In this document: piece after piece, positions 1 through 13,813 of the stretch | Position numbering within the stretch: the stretch's first letter is position 1 | Layout: every line of letters starts with the position of its first letter | Program-made: the position numbers and the translations under genes | The notes under the pieces: model-generated | The model's input: only the letters and a program-made list of their open reading frames with translations | What the model was told of the DNA's origin: nothing | Database searches by the model: none | Source of the DNA: Octopus vulgaris | Lineage: Eukaryota | DNA length: 64,000 nucleotides | NCBI GenBank assembly: GCA_951406725.2 | Contig: OX597818.1 | Location: 81,654,001 to 81,718,000, forward strand | Reading direction: 5' to 3'

Positions 1-1342
1 TATTATAGACGAGTTAGATCAATACTAAAAACAGAGCTCAATGCTAAAAACAAGATAATAGGTATCAACACTTTATCTGTCCCAGTTATAAGTTACAGCT
101 ACAATATCCTTAACTGGACACGAAATGAACTGTCCAAAATAGATAGGAAAACAAGAAAAATAATGACAGGATCTAGGAAGCATCACCCAAAATCTGACAT
201 AGAAAGACTATATATACAACGTATAGAAGGTGGTAGAGGCCTTATACAGCTGGAAAACTACTATAAAATAACCACCATAGGACTGCAAAAATACCTACTT
301 CAGAAGGAAGGAAAACTGATCCAGATAGCAGCAAAACACGAGCAGAACAAAAAACTGTTCTCAGTATTTAAGGAAGCTGACAAATACAAACAAGAAATCA
401 TACCACCTAATAAACACAAAGAAGAAGAAGAAGATGATGAAGAAACAACAAAAGCTATAAAACAAATGAAATCCAAACTAAAAATAGAACAGCAACGAGC
501 CATGATAAAACGATGGCAAGAAAAACCCCTTCATGGTAAATACTGCACTAAACTAAACGCAAAAGAAATAGACAAAGAAAAATCCCAGCAATGGTTGAGA
601 AGCTCAGGACTCAAAGCAGAAACAGAGGGATTTTTAATTGCAGCACAAGACCAAAGCCTCCCCACCAGAAATTACCAAAAACATGTAATGAAAAGAAATA
701 TTACAAGTAACTGCAGAATATGTGGAGATGGACAAGAAACAATAAATCATATTATCTCTAGCTGCCCAGTCCTGGCTAAGAAGGAATATATTCACAGACA
801 TGACAGAGTTGGAACCTACATACATTGGAAGCTATGCCAACATTATGGAGTAACAACAGAAAAAAGATGGTATAGGCACACACCAGAAAAGGTCACAGAA
901 AACGAGAAAGCAACCATACTCTGGGATATGCCGATGCACACAGATAGAGAAATTAAGGCCAACAGACCAGATATAGTTGTCAGAGATCATGAAGAAAAAA
1001 ATGCTTTCTAATTGATGTATCAATACCGGCAGATGACAACGTGTCTCTAAAAGAAATGGAGAAACTCTCAAAATACAAAGACCTGGAAATAGAGGTAACT
1101 AGAATGTGGAACCTGAAAACAGAAACAATTCCTATCATAGTAGGTGCATTAGGCATGATAAAGAAATATTCAGACAAATACATAACAAAAACACCAGGAC
1201 TTACAAACACATATAACATACAGAAAATTGCACTACTAGGCACTGCACACATCAGAGCATCACAACAAATCACAGCACATTCCCAAAGCACACAGAGCTG
1301 CGCTCGGTAGTGAAGTGAAAGCACGCTATAAAAATAAAACTA

Positions 1343-1346
<4 letters not shown>
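1..1346 (+). mobile_element. R4/Dong-clade non-LTR retrotransposon, 3' part (RT C-terminus, CCHC knuckle, RLE endonuclease, 3' UTR), frameshifted
   Basis: ORF 163-1011 has GGRGL, LIAAQDQSLPTRNY, CRICGDGQETINHIISSCPVLAKKEYIHRHD and RPDIVV. After a frameshift in an A run at ~995-1001 it continues IDVSIP...EMEKLSKYKDL...PIIVGALG. It ends in a (TAA)n tail. Confidence 0.92.
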
Positions 1347-1413
<67 letters not shown>

Positions 1414-1418
1414 AGATG

Positions 1419-1482
<64 letters not shown>

Positions 1483-1487
1483 AGATG

Positions 1488-1545
<58 letters not shown>
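1347..1545. repeat. (TAA)n microsatellite (LINE tail/target)
   Basis: Direct sequence, with two TGAAGATGA interruptions. Confidence 0.98.
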
Positions 1546-1547
<2 letters not shown>

Positions 1548-2101
1548 GCCCTGATGCAGTACCAGGCAGTGGCTCTCATGGCTTCTGATCTTAACTGATT
1601 GGAAGTGTTATCATGTACATTGTTTTGTCTTGGTATAAAAGATGGGCTACAGCAAGTATTCTGCTCAATACCACAGATTTGCTTGTCAGTTGTTTGACCT
1701 TAACCAGTTGAACATGTCCCTTAGTGGCTGATGATATGTGCATCTCTGATCACGAGCAGAAGTAGTGGGGAGCATCATAGCCATGTGTTGAGATGGATTC
1801 TTTGGGGTTTGAATAATTCACCTCTGGAAACATGGGTGTTTCATTCAACGTCCTTAAACAACCCTTATTCAGGGACCTTTTGAGCGGGATGGGTTACTCG
1901 ATCTGAAGAAAATTCTAACTGGGCTCCACCTGCAAGGTCATGTGCTGTTTATCTTGATATGAGATCACCATGTCGCGCACATATGGTTGTGATGCATGTG
2001 CCTGGTGTACCCTTATCAGACGGGTAGTCATGATGGGTATACTGGGCTTCGTATATTTTACCCCAGTGTCACTTTGATGGCATGCTCTGCTCTCTCACTC
2101 A
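1546..2101 (+). mobile_element. ~550-bp non-coding interspersed repeat flanked by (TAA)n; probable non-autonomous TAA-targeting element
   Basis: Reverse-complement copy at 11203-11727 and a fragment at ~10320-10390. No coding signal. Orientation is arbitrary. Confidence 0.7.
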
Positions 2102-2146
2102 ATTATAATAATAATAATAATCATAATAATAATAATAGTAGTAATA

Positions 2147-3715
2147 ATGATAATACAAATCATGATTGAATGGCTGAAAATTAAAGAAACCAGTATGAAT
2201 GAGCATGATTCTCTCCCAAAATTTCGTAACCCTAACCAACATCTAGAAGTAATTGGTAAAATCCGCCTTGCACTTCGGGATATAATTTCAGTTAATGATA
2301 CTGATATTACAGATCTAAACCACTTGTGCTATGCATTCGCAAAGATCTCAACGATTCTACGTGGTGAAAAGATAAGAAAATGACAACATTGTTACAAAAA
2401 GCCTACTTGGCAAGAACGTATTCAGTCTGACACAGAATGTTTTGAAGATCCTTAAGAATGACAAGACTATTAATCCAACAAAAATCCGAAAATTAAAGAA
2501 AAAGTGTAAAATGAAACCATACTTGACATTGAAACCACCATAGAAATTATGAAGCAAAAGGTATGTGCTAAAGCTGCCCGGATAGTACGGTATGAAAAAT
2601 GCGCGAGATTCTTCAAAAACATGTTAAAAAATGATGCCAAAAATGTTTAGAGGAAGATAGGGAAAATACCAGTTACAGTAAAATCTGTCCCAGCAAAAGA
2701 AAAATTGCAGGAATTTTGGAATAAAATTTAGGCAGAAGAAAAAATAACTCACAATAAAAAGCAAAAGTGGGATGGCTTCAAGGTAGAGGATGTAAGATCT
2801 GCTCTCAGGAAATCAAGCATATGGATATCTCCAGGAAAGGATAAAATTCTTAACTTCTGGTTGAATGCCTTCCTAGAAAGTCATGAACTGCTAACAAAAC
2901 TTAACAACAATCTTTTGCAGCAACCAAATATGATTCTCTCTTGACTAATTAATGGTATTACATTCCTACTTCCAAAAAATATGAAGAAACAAATGAACCA
3001 AAAATTTATGGACCCATAACCTGCTTAACAACAATATATAAAATACTAATATTTGTCATGATTGAATATACCTATAGCTTTTTAATAGAAAGTGGCAACA
3101 CGGCTGTAAATGTGGGTCCTATGGTCGAAAAAATTAGCTACTCATCAATAAGATGATCTTGGAAGATTGTCACAAACCACACAAACATTTATCGATAGCC
3201 TGGTTAGACCATAAAATAGCTTTTCATATTCTACCACATAGCTAGATTAAGAAATGTCTGGAATGTATAAAATAGCACCTAGTTTGTGAAACGTCTTGAC
3301 TTTGAACAGTAACAATGAATTTCTCAATGCAGGAGTCGTAAGAATTTCATGTGGTATTTTCTAGGGTGACTCTCTATCACCACTACTCTTGATGATGTAC
3401 AATATGGTTATAAATGTTTGATAAAAATATGAATCATCTCATTGCCATAAGTGACCAACAACTATAGGACTTACTAGCAATTGTTAAACAATTCAATGAT
3501 TACTCAGGATGCAATTTGGCCAAGGTAAATGTGCAAAAGCTACCTTTATCAAAGGAAAAAGGGTGGAAACATCCAACGTTAATCTTGACCAAAAGAATGT
3601 CACAATGAAGTTAGAACCACCGAAGGGCTACAATTACTTATGAATATTTGATGGTGATGGAATCAAACATTCAATGATGAGGGAAAGGATCAGAAAAAAT
3701 GTTATCTCAGGGTAG
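2147..3715 (+). pseudogene. Heavily decayed R4/Dong-type reverse transcriptase fragment
   Basis: Broken-frame motifs SPGKDKI.NFWL (~2830), PITCL.T.YKIL (~3012), AWLD.K.AF (~3200), GIF*GDSLSPLL (~3355) and MQFG..KCA (~3510). Confidence 0.85.
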
Positions 3716-5090
3716 GCATGATCTGTTTTGGTTTTCGATAGACCCAGAACTGCAGCTGTGTTATAGGGACGAGCTGAGGGTAAACACATTTAAAATACTG
3801 AACCACATCATATTACCGTCAATGAAAAGCTGGAGATGCCCTGACCCTCAGCACATGTTGTATCTTCAGCCACGGTATGCGCTGCCTTCCATGTCATGTG
3901 TGTCGATGGCAAATGAACCGCCTGGTCAGTTGAATGGATCTCTTCAACTAAAAGCCTCTGACAAGACGTAAACCGGCGAACCGGTGAAACAGCTAAATAC
4001 GTAAGAGGATACCGACAAATAAATAAAACGAAATCAATTTTACAAACTTGGTTTAATGCATTTATTATATTTCGTGAGTGTCTTCTAATCAAATTTATTG
4101 TTTAATACATGTATCATATGTGAAACCTCTTAATAAAATACAGCCATGAGTTCTGAGAAAGTAGTGTCTTCGGCAGGCAATTCTTGCGTGTTGTAAATCC
4201 AAATTACGCTTCATTGGGGAATATCAAATGATAACACCTTAGCGCACAAATAATAACATGAAAAAGAGAATTCGTGTCGGCATACAGACACAAACCCTGT
4301 CTTTCTTTGAACGTTTTGCTAAATCTATTCGAAAAAGTATTCTGGCCATATGAAACATCAGATGTCATGTCACCATCTTTTTCGCTTCAACACGAACAAC
4401 ACTCCACAGGCGTTCAATATGTCTATAGTCTTCACTCTTAGCATGAAACACTTGTAAATGTGTGTTTGACTGCGTGTGAGAGTGTGTTTCAACATGTACG
4501 TGCATAAATATCTGAAATGAATAAGCTACGAATAGCATACATATAGGTACGAAGACCACACACACACACACACTTGCATGCACAAACACACATACATACA
4601 CTGTAATAAAACAAAATCTGCAAAAGATTGCTTCTCTTAAATTTTCATTCACATTGGCCAATTTCTAAAGGCGTGTGTAATTAATGCACGGTGTGTTGAA
4701 TATGCACGAATTCAGACACACATACATTTATACATAGTAAGTACATAAAAATGTACATAAACATATATATGTAGATATACGAGGAAGGGAGAGAGAGAGA
4801 CAGATGGAAAAAAACACAGCTAGAGTGGCAGTGACAGAAAGAATAAGAATGTGAGAGAAGGTGCTCGTGTATATATTTGTACTAGCCTATGGAATGTGTG
4901 CTCATGTTCTCTACAATTGAGTTTGTGTGACTACATGTGAATATATATACATAAATTTGGCGGAGATGACTTAATCCTCTGTACATGCAGATTATTTTAC
5001 ATCCATCTTGTATATATAAATATATAGATATTTTATATATATACATACATGCTATGCAGATATATGTGTGTTTGTTTGTCTCTCTCTGTC

Positions 5091-5143
<53 letters not shown>

Positions 5144-6174
5144 ATATATATATATATGTATATATGTATGTTAATGCATATATAAGCATAGTAACATATA
5201 CGTATATATACTTGTATAAATACATACATACAAAATTATATGTAAATGTATGTATGTGTGTGAGAGAGAGAGATAGAGAGGGAAAGAGCGAAAAAGAGTG
5301 AAAGAGAGTGAGTGACAGAGGGAGATGTATATTTTATGCAACTAATCACGCTCATATGTACCCTTATACATATTCATGTATGCAAATTCATTTATTTCAT
5401 TACAGTAAATCTCAAATTGATACATACACTCTCATACATACATACATAAAATATACATATATATGTATGTATGATATAAGTATATATATATATATATATA
5501 TATATAAAGATATATATACATATATATATATGCACATATACACACATAGATATATGTATGTATTTATATATACACGCCCTGCATTCTTCTGTATATTTTA
5601 TGCGTATGTTGCTAACCAGTTAAAGATTTATGACGAGCCGGAAGCTACTGTGTAAAATGCAACCTTTAAAAAGAACACGATTGCACACTTAATGAAATAT
5701 CGATCAGCAGAACCTTGTTGAGATTAATGAGTCGTGAATTTGAACTAACAATCTTCAATTCATCTTTTCAAGACATTTTATTGTTATTATTATTTTCTAT
5801 ATCTTTGTTATTTTTCGTAAATTTTTACTCTATGTTTCTTGTTTGTTGATTGCGCTTTTGCTTTTATTTGCTACTTCATGTTTTTGTTTTGTTTAATATA
5901 GATTCATAATAGGGTGTTTTTGGTGAATTTTCGAGGTTACGTCTTAGTTATTTTTGTTTAAATGATATATATCATAAGCTACACTTTTTTTTTCGATATT
6001 TTAAATAATTTTATATTACTTTTTGTTTGGAAAAATTTCCGTTAGTTTTACTTTGAACATGAAATCTTTACAATTCCTAACTCGTTCTTTACATTAATAT
6101 AACTCTACACGAAAGAACACTTGGCCATAAACATCTTCGTACTTTGTCACTTCTTTAACCTCAGCCTCTTGCAC

Positions 6175-6373
6175 TTCTTCTTCTTCTTCTTCTTCTTCAT
6201 CTTCTTTTTCTTCTTCTTCTTCTTCTTCTTCTTCTTCTTCTTCTTCTTCTTCTTCTTCTTCTTCTTCTTCATCTTCTTCTTCTTCTTCTTCTTCTTCTTC
6301 TTCTTCTCCTTCTTCTTCTTCTTCTTCTTCGTCTTCTTCTTCGTCTTCTTCTTCTCCTTCTTCTTCTTCTTCT

Positions 6374-6406
<33 letters not shown>

Positions 6407-6458
6407 CCTTCTTCTTTTCATCGTCATCACCACCTTTATCACCACCACCACCACCACC

Positions 6459-6489
<31 letters not shown>

Positions 6490-6560
6490 GCATCATCATC
6501 ATCTTCATCATCATCATCGTCATCATCATCAACGTCTTCTTCTTCTTCTTTTTCTTCTGT
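6175..6560. repeat. Compound (TTC)n/(CAC)n/(CAT)n microsatellite
   Basis: Direct sequence. Confidence 0.97.
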
Positions 6561-7201
6561 TACACCTTCTTTGTTTTAGATTTCTTCGTTTCTTCTAAGT
6601 TTCTTCATCGACTTCGCTGCGTTTCCACTCTCTTCTTCCTCCTCCTCCTTTTCTCTCCTCCCCTTTTACATCATCCTCCCCCTCCTCCTCCATCTTTTTC
6701 ATCATTTTCTTGTTGTTTTTTCTTCCTTCTCGTTTTCGTCCTCCTTTTCTCCTCCATCTCCACTTTTACATTATCCCTGTTATAGCAGTCATTATTTTAT
6801 CACATCCAGCAGAATCATTGATAATTCCTTTCCTCTGGATGGGGTTGTTTTCCCGTAAATTTTCCAGAGAAATAGGGTAAAGTGAAAGAGATATGGTTGA
6901 CTCAGGTGATAGGTCTATGCTAAATAATTACATTTAGACTGGGGCGGGGAAACACCTCAGGTGTCTAAGAGCAGTTGCACTTGATAGTAAATAAATACAC
7001 GAATCTCGGTGTTTTCACTGCTGACCTTAGGTGGATGCTTGTTTATTGAAACTTGATATCTTAATATATATTCTATGTTGTCTGTTGGCTTAATGACCAG
7101 GTAATGGGGTCGATGGAATTGGCTTGCACTACCCTCTACAGTCCCTGGGCTTGAACCAAAATTTATAATTATCATTATAATTATTGTTGTTGTAGTTTTG
7201 C

Positions 7202-7252
<51 letters not shown>

Positions 7253-7309
7253 CTTGTCCTTCAATTACGTTTCCATTTCTTACCAGCTGTCTTCTTAAAA
7301 CCTCTTTTA

Positions 7310-7519
7310 CTCTCTTTTATTCTTTTATTTGTTTCAGTCATGTGAGTGTGGCCATGGTGGAGCACCGCCTTTGGTCGATTAAATCGACCCCAGGACTTAT
7401 TCTTTCCAAGCCTAGTACTTATTTTATCGGTCTCTTTTATCGAACTTCTAAGATACGGGGACGTAAACACACCACCATCTGTTGTCAAGCGATGTTGGGG
7501 GAGAAACACAGACACACAA

Positions 7520-7612
<93 letters not shown>

Positions 7613-7655
7613 TACGATGTGGAAAGCTACTTACCACACAGCCACTCCTACGCCT
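7310..7655 (-). mobile_element. SINE family B copy (internally deleted, contains CA/TA tract)
   Basis: Reverse complement of the tail GGCGGTGCTCCA.CATGGCC...TGACTGAAACA and of the head GGCGTAGGAGTGGCTGTGTGGTAAGTAGC seen at 41585-41975. Confidence 0.8.
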
Positions 7656-8028
7656 AGGGCACAAAAGAATAGCTGAATACATTAATAGGCCATTAAGATA
7701 AACACACCAGATTATTCATTTACAGATTGTCCCTTGCATGAGGTAGAAAAAAGGAGAAGAAAGTCAGAAAGGAAAAGAACAAAAGAATGAAAGAAAAATT
7801 TTTCAATGAAGAAGCCCACGCAGAAGTTGAAGTGGTGAGAAAGGACAGATAATTCCCTAATCCACAACGGCAATCGTCTCCTCAATACGTATGATGTACC
7901 AGTGAAGAAAATCTTTTGCACTTCTTGTCTTAACTGGTACATCGCCGTATTGGGTACAGCATTGTCGCTGTGGATTGTCTTGCCTATTTTCCTCCTCCTC
8001 TCTTCTTCTTCTCCTTCTTTTTCTTTTT

Positions 8029-8071
<43 letters not shown>

Positions 8072-8542
8072 CCCTTCTTCTTGTAGTGGTGTATGTTGCT
8101 AAATAGTTAAATGATCTCCCTTGCAAGAAAGAATAGAATTACCTCCCTTCCTTAGTTTCTCTAAGCATCTGTGTCATGAATCTTAGTGTTTCTCTTTGAA
8201 GTTTCTAGAATCTCTAGCGTTCCATTAATAAAAACAGCTTGCTAACCCTGCTCTTCGCTTCTTAGTCGATTAGACCTAGAGCCATTCACGTCACTGCTAT
8301 GTCCGTCTATCTCTCTACACCATATGACTGAAAACCACCACTTAGCTGTTATTTCTACATTTCCTATCTCTGAATGTTCTTGCAGAGATTACTTCATTCA
8401 ATTAGATTCTACATTTTGATTTTCATCATCGACCAGTAAATAAAATATATTTTTTAAGTAGTAAATATATAGCTCTTGAATTCATTCTTCATCTCTATGT
8501 GAACTATTGTAATAACGTACGCGCAGCCACATAAGCACCTTG

Positions 8543-8752
8543 TAGCGAACTGGCAGAATCGTTAGAATGCCGGGCAAAATGCTTAGCGGTATTTCGTCTG
8601 TCTTTACGCTCTGAGTTCAAATTCCGCGGAGGTCAACTTTGTCTTTCATCCTTTTGGTGTCGATAAATTAAATACCAGTTGCGTACTGGGGTCGATCTAA
8701 TCGACTGAACACCTTCCAAATTTCAGGGCCTGTACCTACAGTAGAAAGGATT
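8543..8752 (+). mobile_element. SINE family A (tRNA-like head, Meta-domain-like centre)
   Basis: CTGGCAGAATCGTTAG...GAGTTCAAATTCC (B box)...CTTTCATCCTTT.GG.GTCGATAAATTAA.TACCAG; many copies in the window. Confidence 0.85.
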
Positions 8753-8780
8753 ATCATCATCATCATCATCATCATGATAA

Positions 8781-8866
<86 letters not shown>

Positions 8867-8934
8867 TTCTTTTGCACAGCTTCTAACATTTTATAACTAT
8901 ACTATACATCATTGAGCAATTTCGAGAGAAGTAT

Positions 8935-9570
8935 TAAGGCTAGACAAAAAGTAGAGTGATGATAGTGAGTCACCCTGGTAAATGCCAGATGAAATTCATA
9001 CATGTCTAGTTTCATTGTTACTTTTCAAAATCAGTGTGGTTCTCCATGATCTTATACTTTTATTTTATACATTTCCAGACATTTCTTAATCCGGCTATGA
9101 AAAGCATTTTCATAGTCTATCAAGGCTATTGACAAGTTTTTGTGTCTTTTGTGACAATCTTCTAAGATCATCTTATTGATGAGGAGCTGATCTTTACAAC
9201 CATAAGATCCACGTTTACATCCTTTTTGCTCATTAGGGAATATGCTACTTTCTATTAAAAATCTATAGGTATATTCAGTCAGGACAGATGTTAGCGTTTT
9301 ATACATTGTTCTTAAGCAGGTTATGGGTCGATAATTTTTTGTTCATTTGTTTCTTCATGTTTTGGAAGTAGGAGTGTTAAACCATTAACTAGCCAGGAGG
9401 GAATCATACTAGGATGTTGAAAAACATTGTTGCAAAGTTTTGTTAGCAGTTCATGGGAAGGCATTGAACCAAAAGTTAGTAATTTTATCCTTTACTGGAG
9501 ACGACTTCCATTTGCTTCACCTACTGAGAGCAGATCTTACATCTTCAACCTTGACACACCCACTTTTGCT
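8935..9570 (-). pseudogene. Decayed R4/Dong RT fragment
   Basis: Minus-strand EQKGCKRGSYGCKDQLLINKMILED...IDYENAF and GIYQGDSL; homologous to 2770-3390. Confidence 0.88.
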
Positions 9571-9574
9571 CTTC

Positions 9575-10270
9575 CAAGGACTCTTTTTGTGCAAGGCTTT
9601 CACATCCACTTACCAAGTTGGTCACATTTTCCCTACTCTTTCCACACTGTCTGCATTTCTGGGTGTCAGAGGTTTTATAGATGTTATAATTGGTCACTAG
9701 AGCCTGGTCTTGTGCAGCAATGAGCAAGCTTTAGGTGGTACGCTTCAAATCAACTCGCTCAAACTATGCCCACGATGCTGTATAATCCTTAAAATCCTGT
9801 GTATTCCTTTCCAACAGCTAATGCATTCTCATTTCAAGAAGGTCTTCTTTTCTCTTATTCTCGGCTCTTTGGTTAGACTCTTCCTTGCCCATCATTTCCT
9901 TTGCATTTACACCCATATATTTCGTAGCATATTGCAGCAGGTCTTCATCACTATTTATCATATACTTGGCAAGCATTCTCCTTTCACTCCTTATACAGTG
10001 GTTTATACTAATTAGTTCTCTGCCATCATTCTTTCTTGTCATCATTAACTTTCTCGTCCTTCTATCCAGTGTTGATATTTCCCCCTTAGTCCATTTGAGG
10101 ATGGACGCACTATGTCTGACCACCGCAACCATCCAGATATTCATTGTGGTAATAAAAATTTTGGCATTCAGTTTGGATTTCAACACCATCTTCATCCATT
10201 TTTGATACGCCTCGCTGGCCTTAACTTACATTTCTCTGTGTAGAATGTCATCCAGTTTCAAAATCCCTAA
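9575..10270 (-). pseudogene. Decayed R4/Dong RT C-terminus plus CCHC fragment (a different subfamily)
   Basis: SKLNAK...LDRRTRKLMM, and LIAAQDQAL...CRQCGKSRENVTNLVSGCESLAQKE. Confidence 0.85.
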
Positions 10271-10571
10271 ATGTATATACCTACTACCGTCTGTAGCCTA
10301 TCAATAATACAAAGGCAGAACAATGTTCATGACAACACTTTCGATCAGTTAAGATCAGAAACCATGAGAGCCACTGCCTGGTATTGCATATTATTATCTG
10401 ATGTAAACTCTCAGGTTATTTTGCTAGGTGTGATGAAAAGTGTCATCTGTCCATAACCAGAGGACTAAACTGATACTTGTTTACTAGTCATGCTTCAAGA
10501 ACTCTTCAGTTCTTATCAATGATGATAGGTGTTCTATCTTTACACTTGTACCAATCATCTTGAGCAAGGTT

Positions 10572-10940
10572 GGTTAAGTTAAGTTAAGTTAATTTTTTGG
10601 CTCAAAAAGCAAAAAGCAAGGCCATGTAGGGGGACATGGAGTTATGTTCAGGGGTGTTCATGCAAAGAGTTCAGGCCATTTCAGGTCAAGAGAGACTTTG
10701 AACCGAGCTGTCGTCGGCATCTTCACTAACTCGTCTACCAGCTTATTCCACGGATCCGCAACCCGGGCGGAGAAAGCCGCTCTCCTTCGATTGAGATGCA
10801 ATCGTCGCAGATAGAGCTTTTCGGAGTGACCCCGCAGCTTACGTTCTGGAGCAGGAGTGAAGAACAGCTCTTTCGAGAGGTTATACTTTCCGCTTAAGAT
10901 GTTGTGAGCAAGAATGAGATCACCACGGCGTCGTCGTTGG
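10572..10940 (-). mobile_element. CR1-type LINE 3' end with (TTAAC)n tail
   Basis: RRRRGDLILAHNIL...LRGHSEKL...FSARVADPWNKL; GTTAA repeats at 10572-10592. Confidence 0.88.
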
Positions 10941-10964
10941 TAGTTGGTTAGTGATATTTCCAAG

Positions 10965-11168
10965 CGCGCCAGCTGGTAGAATTAGGTCACCGGGTGAAAT
11001 GCTTTGTAACATTTCGTCCATCTTAATATTCTGAGTTGAAATTTCGCTGAGATAAACTTTGCCTTTCATCTTTTCGGGCTCAAGGAAATAATTACCCGTT
11101 ACACAACGGGGTCGATATAATCGACTAATGCCCTCTCCCAGAATTTCAGACCTTGCTCCTGTAGTAGA

Positions 11169-11172
<4 letters not shown>
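10965..11172 (+). mobile_element. SINE family A copy
   Basis: Similar to 8543-8752. Confidence 0.8.
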
Positions 11173-11202
<30 letters not shown>

Positions 11203-11727
11203 GAGTGAGAGAGCAGTTCATGCCATCAAAGTGACACTGGGGTAAAATATACGAAGCCCAATATACCCATCATGACTACCCATCTGATAAAGGTACACCA
11301 GGCACATGCATCACAACCATATGTGCGCGACATGGTGATCTCATATCAAGATAAACAGCACATGACCTTGCAGGTGGGGCCCAGTTAGAATTTTCTTCAG
11401 GTTGAGTAGCCCATCCCGCTCAAAAGGTCCCTGAATAAGGGTTGTTTAAGGATGTTGAAAGAACCACCCATGTTTCCAGAGGTGAACTATTCAAACCTCA
11501 AAGAATCCCTCTCAACACATGGCTATGATGCTCCCCCACTACTTCTGCTCGTGATCAGAGATGCACATATCGTCAGCCACTAAGGGACATGCTCAACTGG
11601 TTAAGGTCAAACAACTGACAAGCAACTCTGTGGTATTGAGCAGAATATTTGCTGTAGCCCATCTTTTATACCAAGACAAAACAATGTACATGATAACACT
11701 TCCAATCAGTTAAGATCAGAAGCCATG
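11203..11727 (-). mobile_element. Second copy of the ~550-bp TAA-flanked element
   Basis: Reverse complement of ~1577-2101. Confidence 0.85.
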
Positions 11728-11755
11728 ATTATTATTATCATTATTATTATTATTA

Positions 11756-11837
<82 letters not shown>

Positions 11838-11840
<3 letters not shown>

Positions 11841-13681
11841 TAGTTTTATTTTTATAGCGTGCTTTCACTTCACTACCGAGCGCAGCTCTGCGTGCCTTGG
11901 GTATGTGCTGTGATTTGTTGTGATGCCCTGATGGTTATTGTATAGAAAGTGTTCTGCGTAGGATGTGAGCAGTGCCTAGTAGTGAAATTTTCTGTATGTT
12001 ATATGTGTTTGTAAGTCCTGGTGTTTTTGTTATGTATTTGTCTGAATATTTTTTATCATGCCTAATGCACCTACTATGATAGGAATTGTTTCTGTTTTTA
12101 GATTCCACATTCTGGTTACCTCTAATTCCAGGTCTTTGTATTTTGAAAGCTTCTCCATTTCTTTTAGAGTCTCGTTGCCATCTGCTGGTATTGATACATC
12201 AATTAGAAAGCATTTTTTCCTTCGTGATTTCTGACAACTATATCTGGTCTGTTGGCCTTAATTTCTTTATCTGTGTGTATCGGCATATCCCAGAGTATGG
12301 TTGCTTTCTCGTTTTCTGTGACCTTTTCTGGTGTGCGACTGTACCATCTTTTTTTCTGTTGTTATTTCATAATGTTGGCATAGCTTCCAGTGTATGTAGG
12401 TCCCAACTCTGTCGTGTATGTGAGTATATTCCTTCTTAGCCAGGACTGGGCAGCTACAGATAATATGATTTATTGTTTCTTGTCCATCTCTACATATTCT
12501 GCAGTTACTTGTTATATTTCTTTTCATTACATATTTTTGGTAATTTCTGGTGGGGAGGCTTTGGTCTTGTGCTGCAATTAAAAATCCCTCTGTCTCTGCT
12601 TTGAATCCTGAGCTTCTCAACCATTTCTGGGGATCTTTCTTTGTCTATTTATTTTGCATTTAATTTAGTCCAGTATTTACCATGAAGGGGCTTTTCTTGC
12701 CATCGTTTTATCATGGTTCGTTGCTGTTCTAGTTTTAGTTTGGATTTCATTTGGTTTATAGCTTTTGTTTCATCATCTTCTTCTTCTTCTTCTTCTTCTT
12801 CTTCTTCTTCTTCTTCTTCTTCTTCTTCTTCTTCTTCTTCTTCTTCTTCTTCTTCTTCTTCTTCTTCTTCTTCTTCTTCTTCTTCTTTTTCTTCTTCTTC
12901 ATCTTCTTCTTCTTTTTCTTCTTCTTCATCTTCTTCTTCTTCTTCTTCTTCTTCTTCTTCTTCTTCCTTTTCTTCTTCTTCTTCTTCTTCTTCTTCTTCT
13001 TCTTCTTCTTCTTCTTCTTCTTCTTCTTCTTCTTCTTCTTCTTCTTCTTCTTCATATTTGTTAGGTGGTATGATTTCTTGTTTGTATTTGTCAGCTTCCT
13101 TAAATACTGAGAATAGTTTTTTGTTTTGCTCGTGTTATGCCGCTATTTGTATCAGTTTTCCTTCCTTCTGAAGTAGATATTTTTGCAGTCCTATGGTGTT
13201 TATTTTATAGTAGTTTTCCAGCTGTATAAGACCGCTACCACCTTCTATACGTTGTATATATATAGTCTTTCTATGTCAGATTTTGGGTGATGCATCCTAG
13301 ATCCTGTCATTATTTTTCTTGTTTTCCTATCTATTTTGGTCAGTTCATTTAGTGTCCAGTTAAGGATATTGTAGCTGTAACTTATAACTGGGACAGCTAA
13401 AGTGTTAATACCTATTATCTTGTTTTTAGCATTGAGCTCTGTTTTTAGTATTGATCTAACTCGTCTATAATATTCTTTTTTTATTTTCTCTTTCATTTGA
13501 GTGTGTTGTGTCTTATCTAGTTCATGGATTCCTAAGTATTTGTAAGATTGGCCTTGGTCTAATTCTTTTATTTCATTGGTTTTCTCGAGTGTGATGTTGC
13601 TACTCTTAACTAGTTTTCCTCTTTTCATGGTTACTTTGGCGCATTTTTCTAATCCAAATTTCATATATATTTCTTTGGTAA
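11838..13681 (-). mobile_element. 5'-truncated R4/Dong LINE copy, same family as 1-1346
   Basis: MKFGLEKCAK...YKYLG...ELNAKNKIIGINTLAVPVISYS...; GFLIAAQDQSLPTRNY; CRIC..ETINHIICSCP; (TAA)n on both sides. Confidence 0.93.
12777..13053. repeat. (TTC)n expansion inside the LINE ORF
   Basis: Sits at the position of the short GAA/GAT tract at 421-444 in the + copy. Confidence 0.95.
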
Positions 13682-13717
13682 ATATTATTATTATTATTAT
13701 ATTTACTATTATTATTA

Positions 13718-13749
<32 letters not shown>

Positions 13750-13751
13750 GC

Positions 13752-13813
<62 letters not shown>

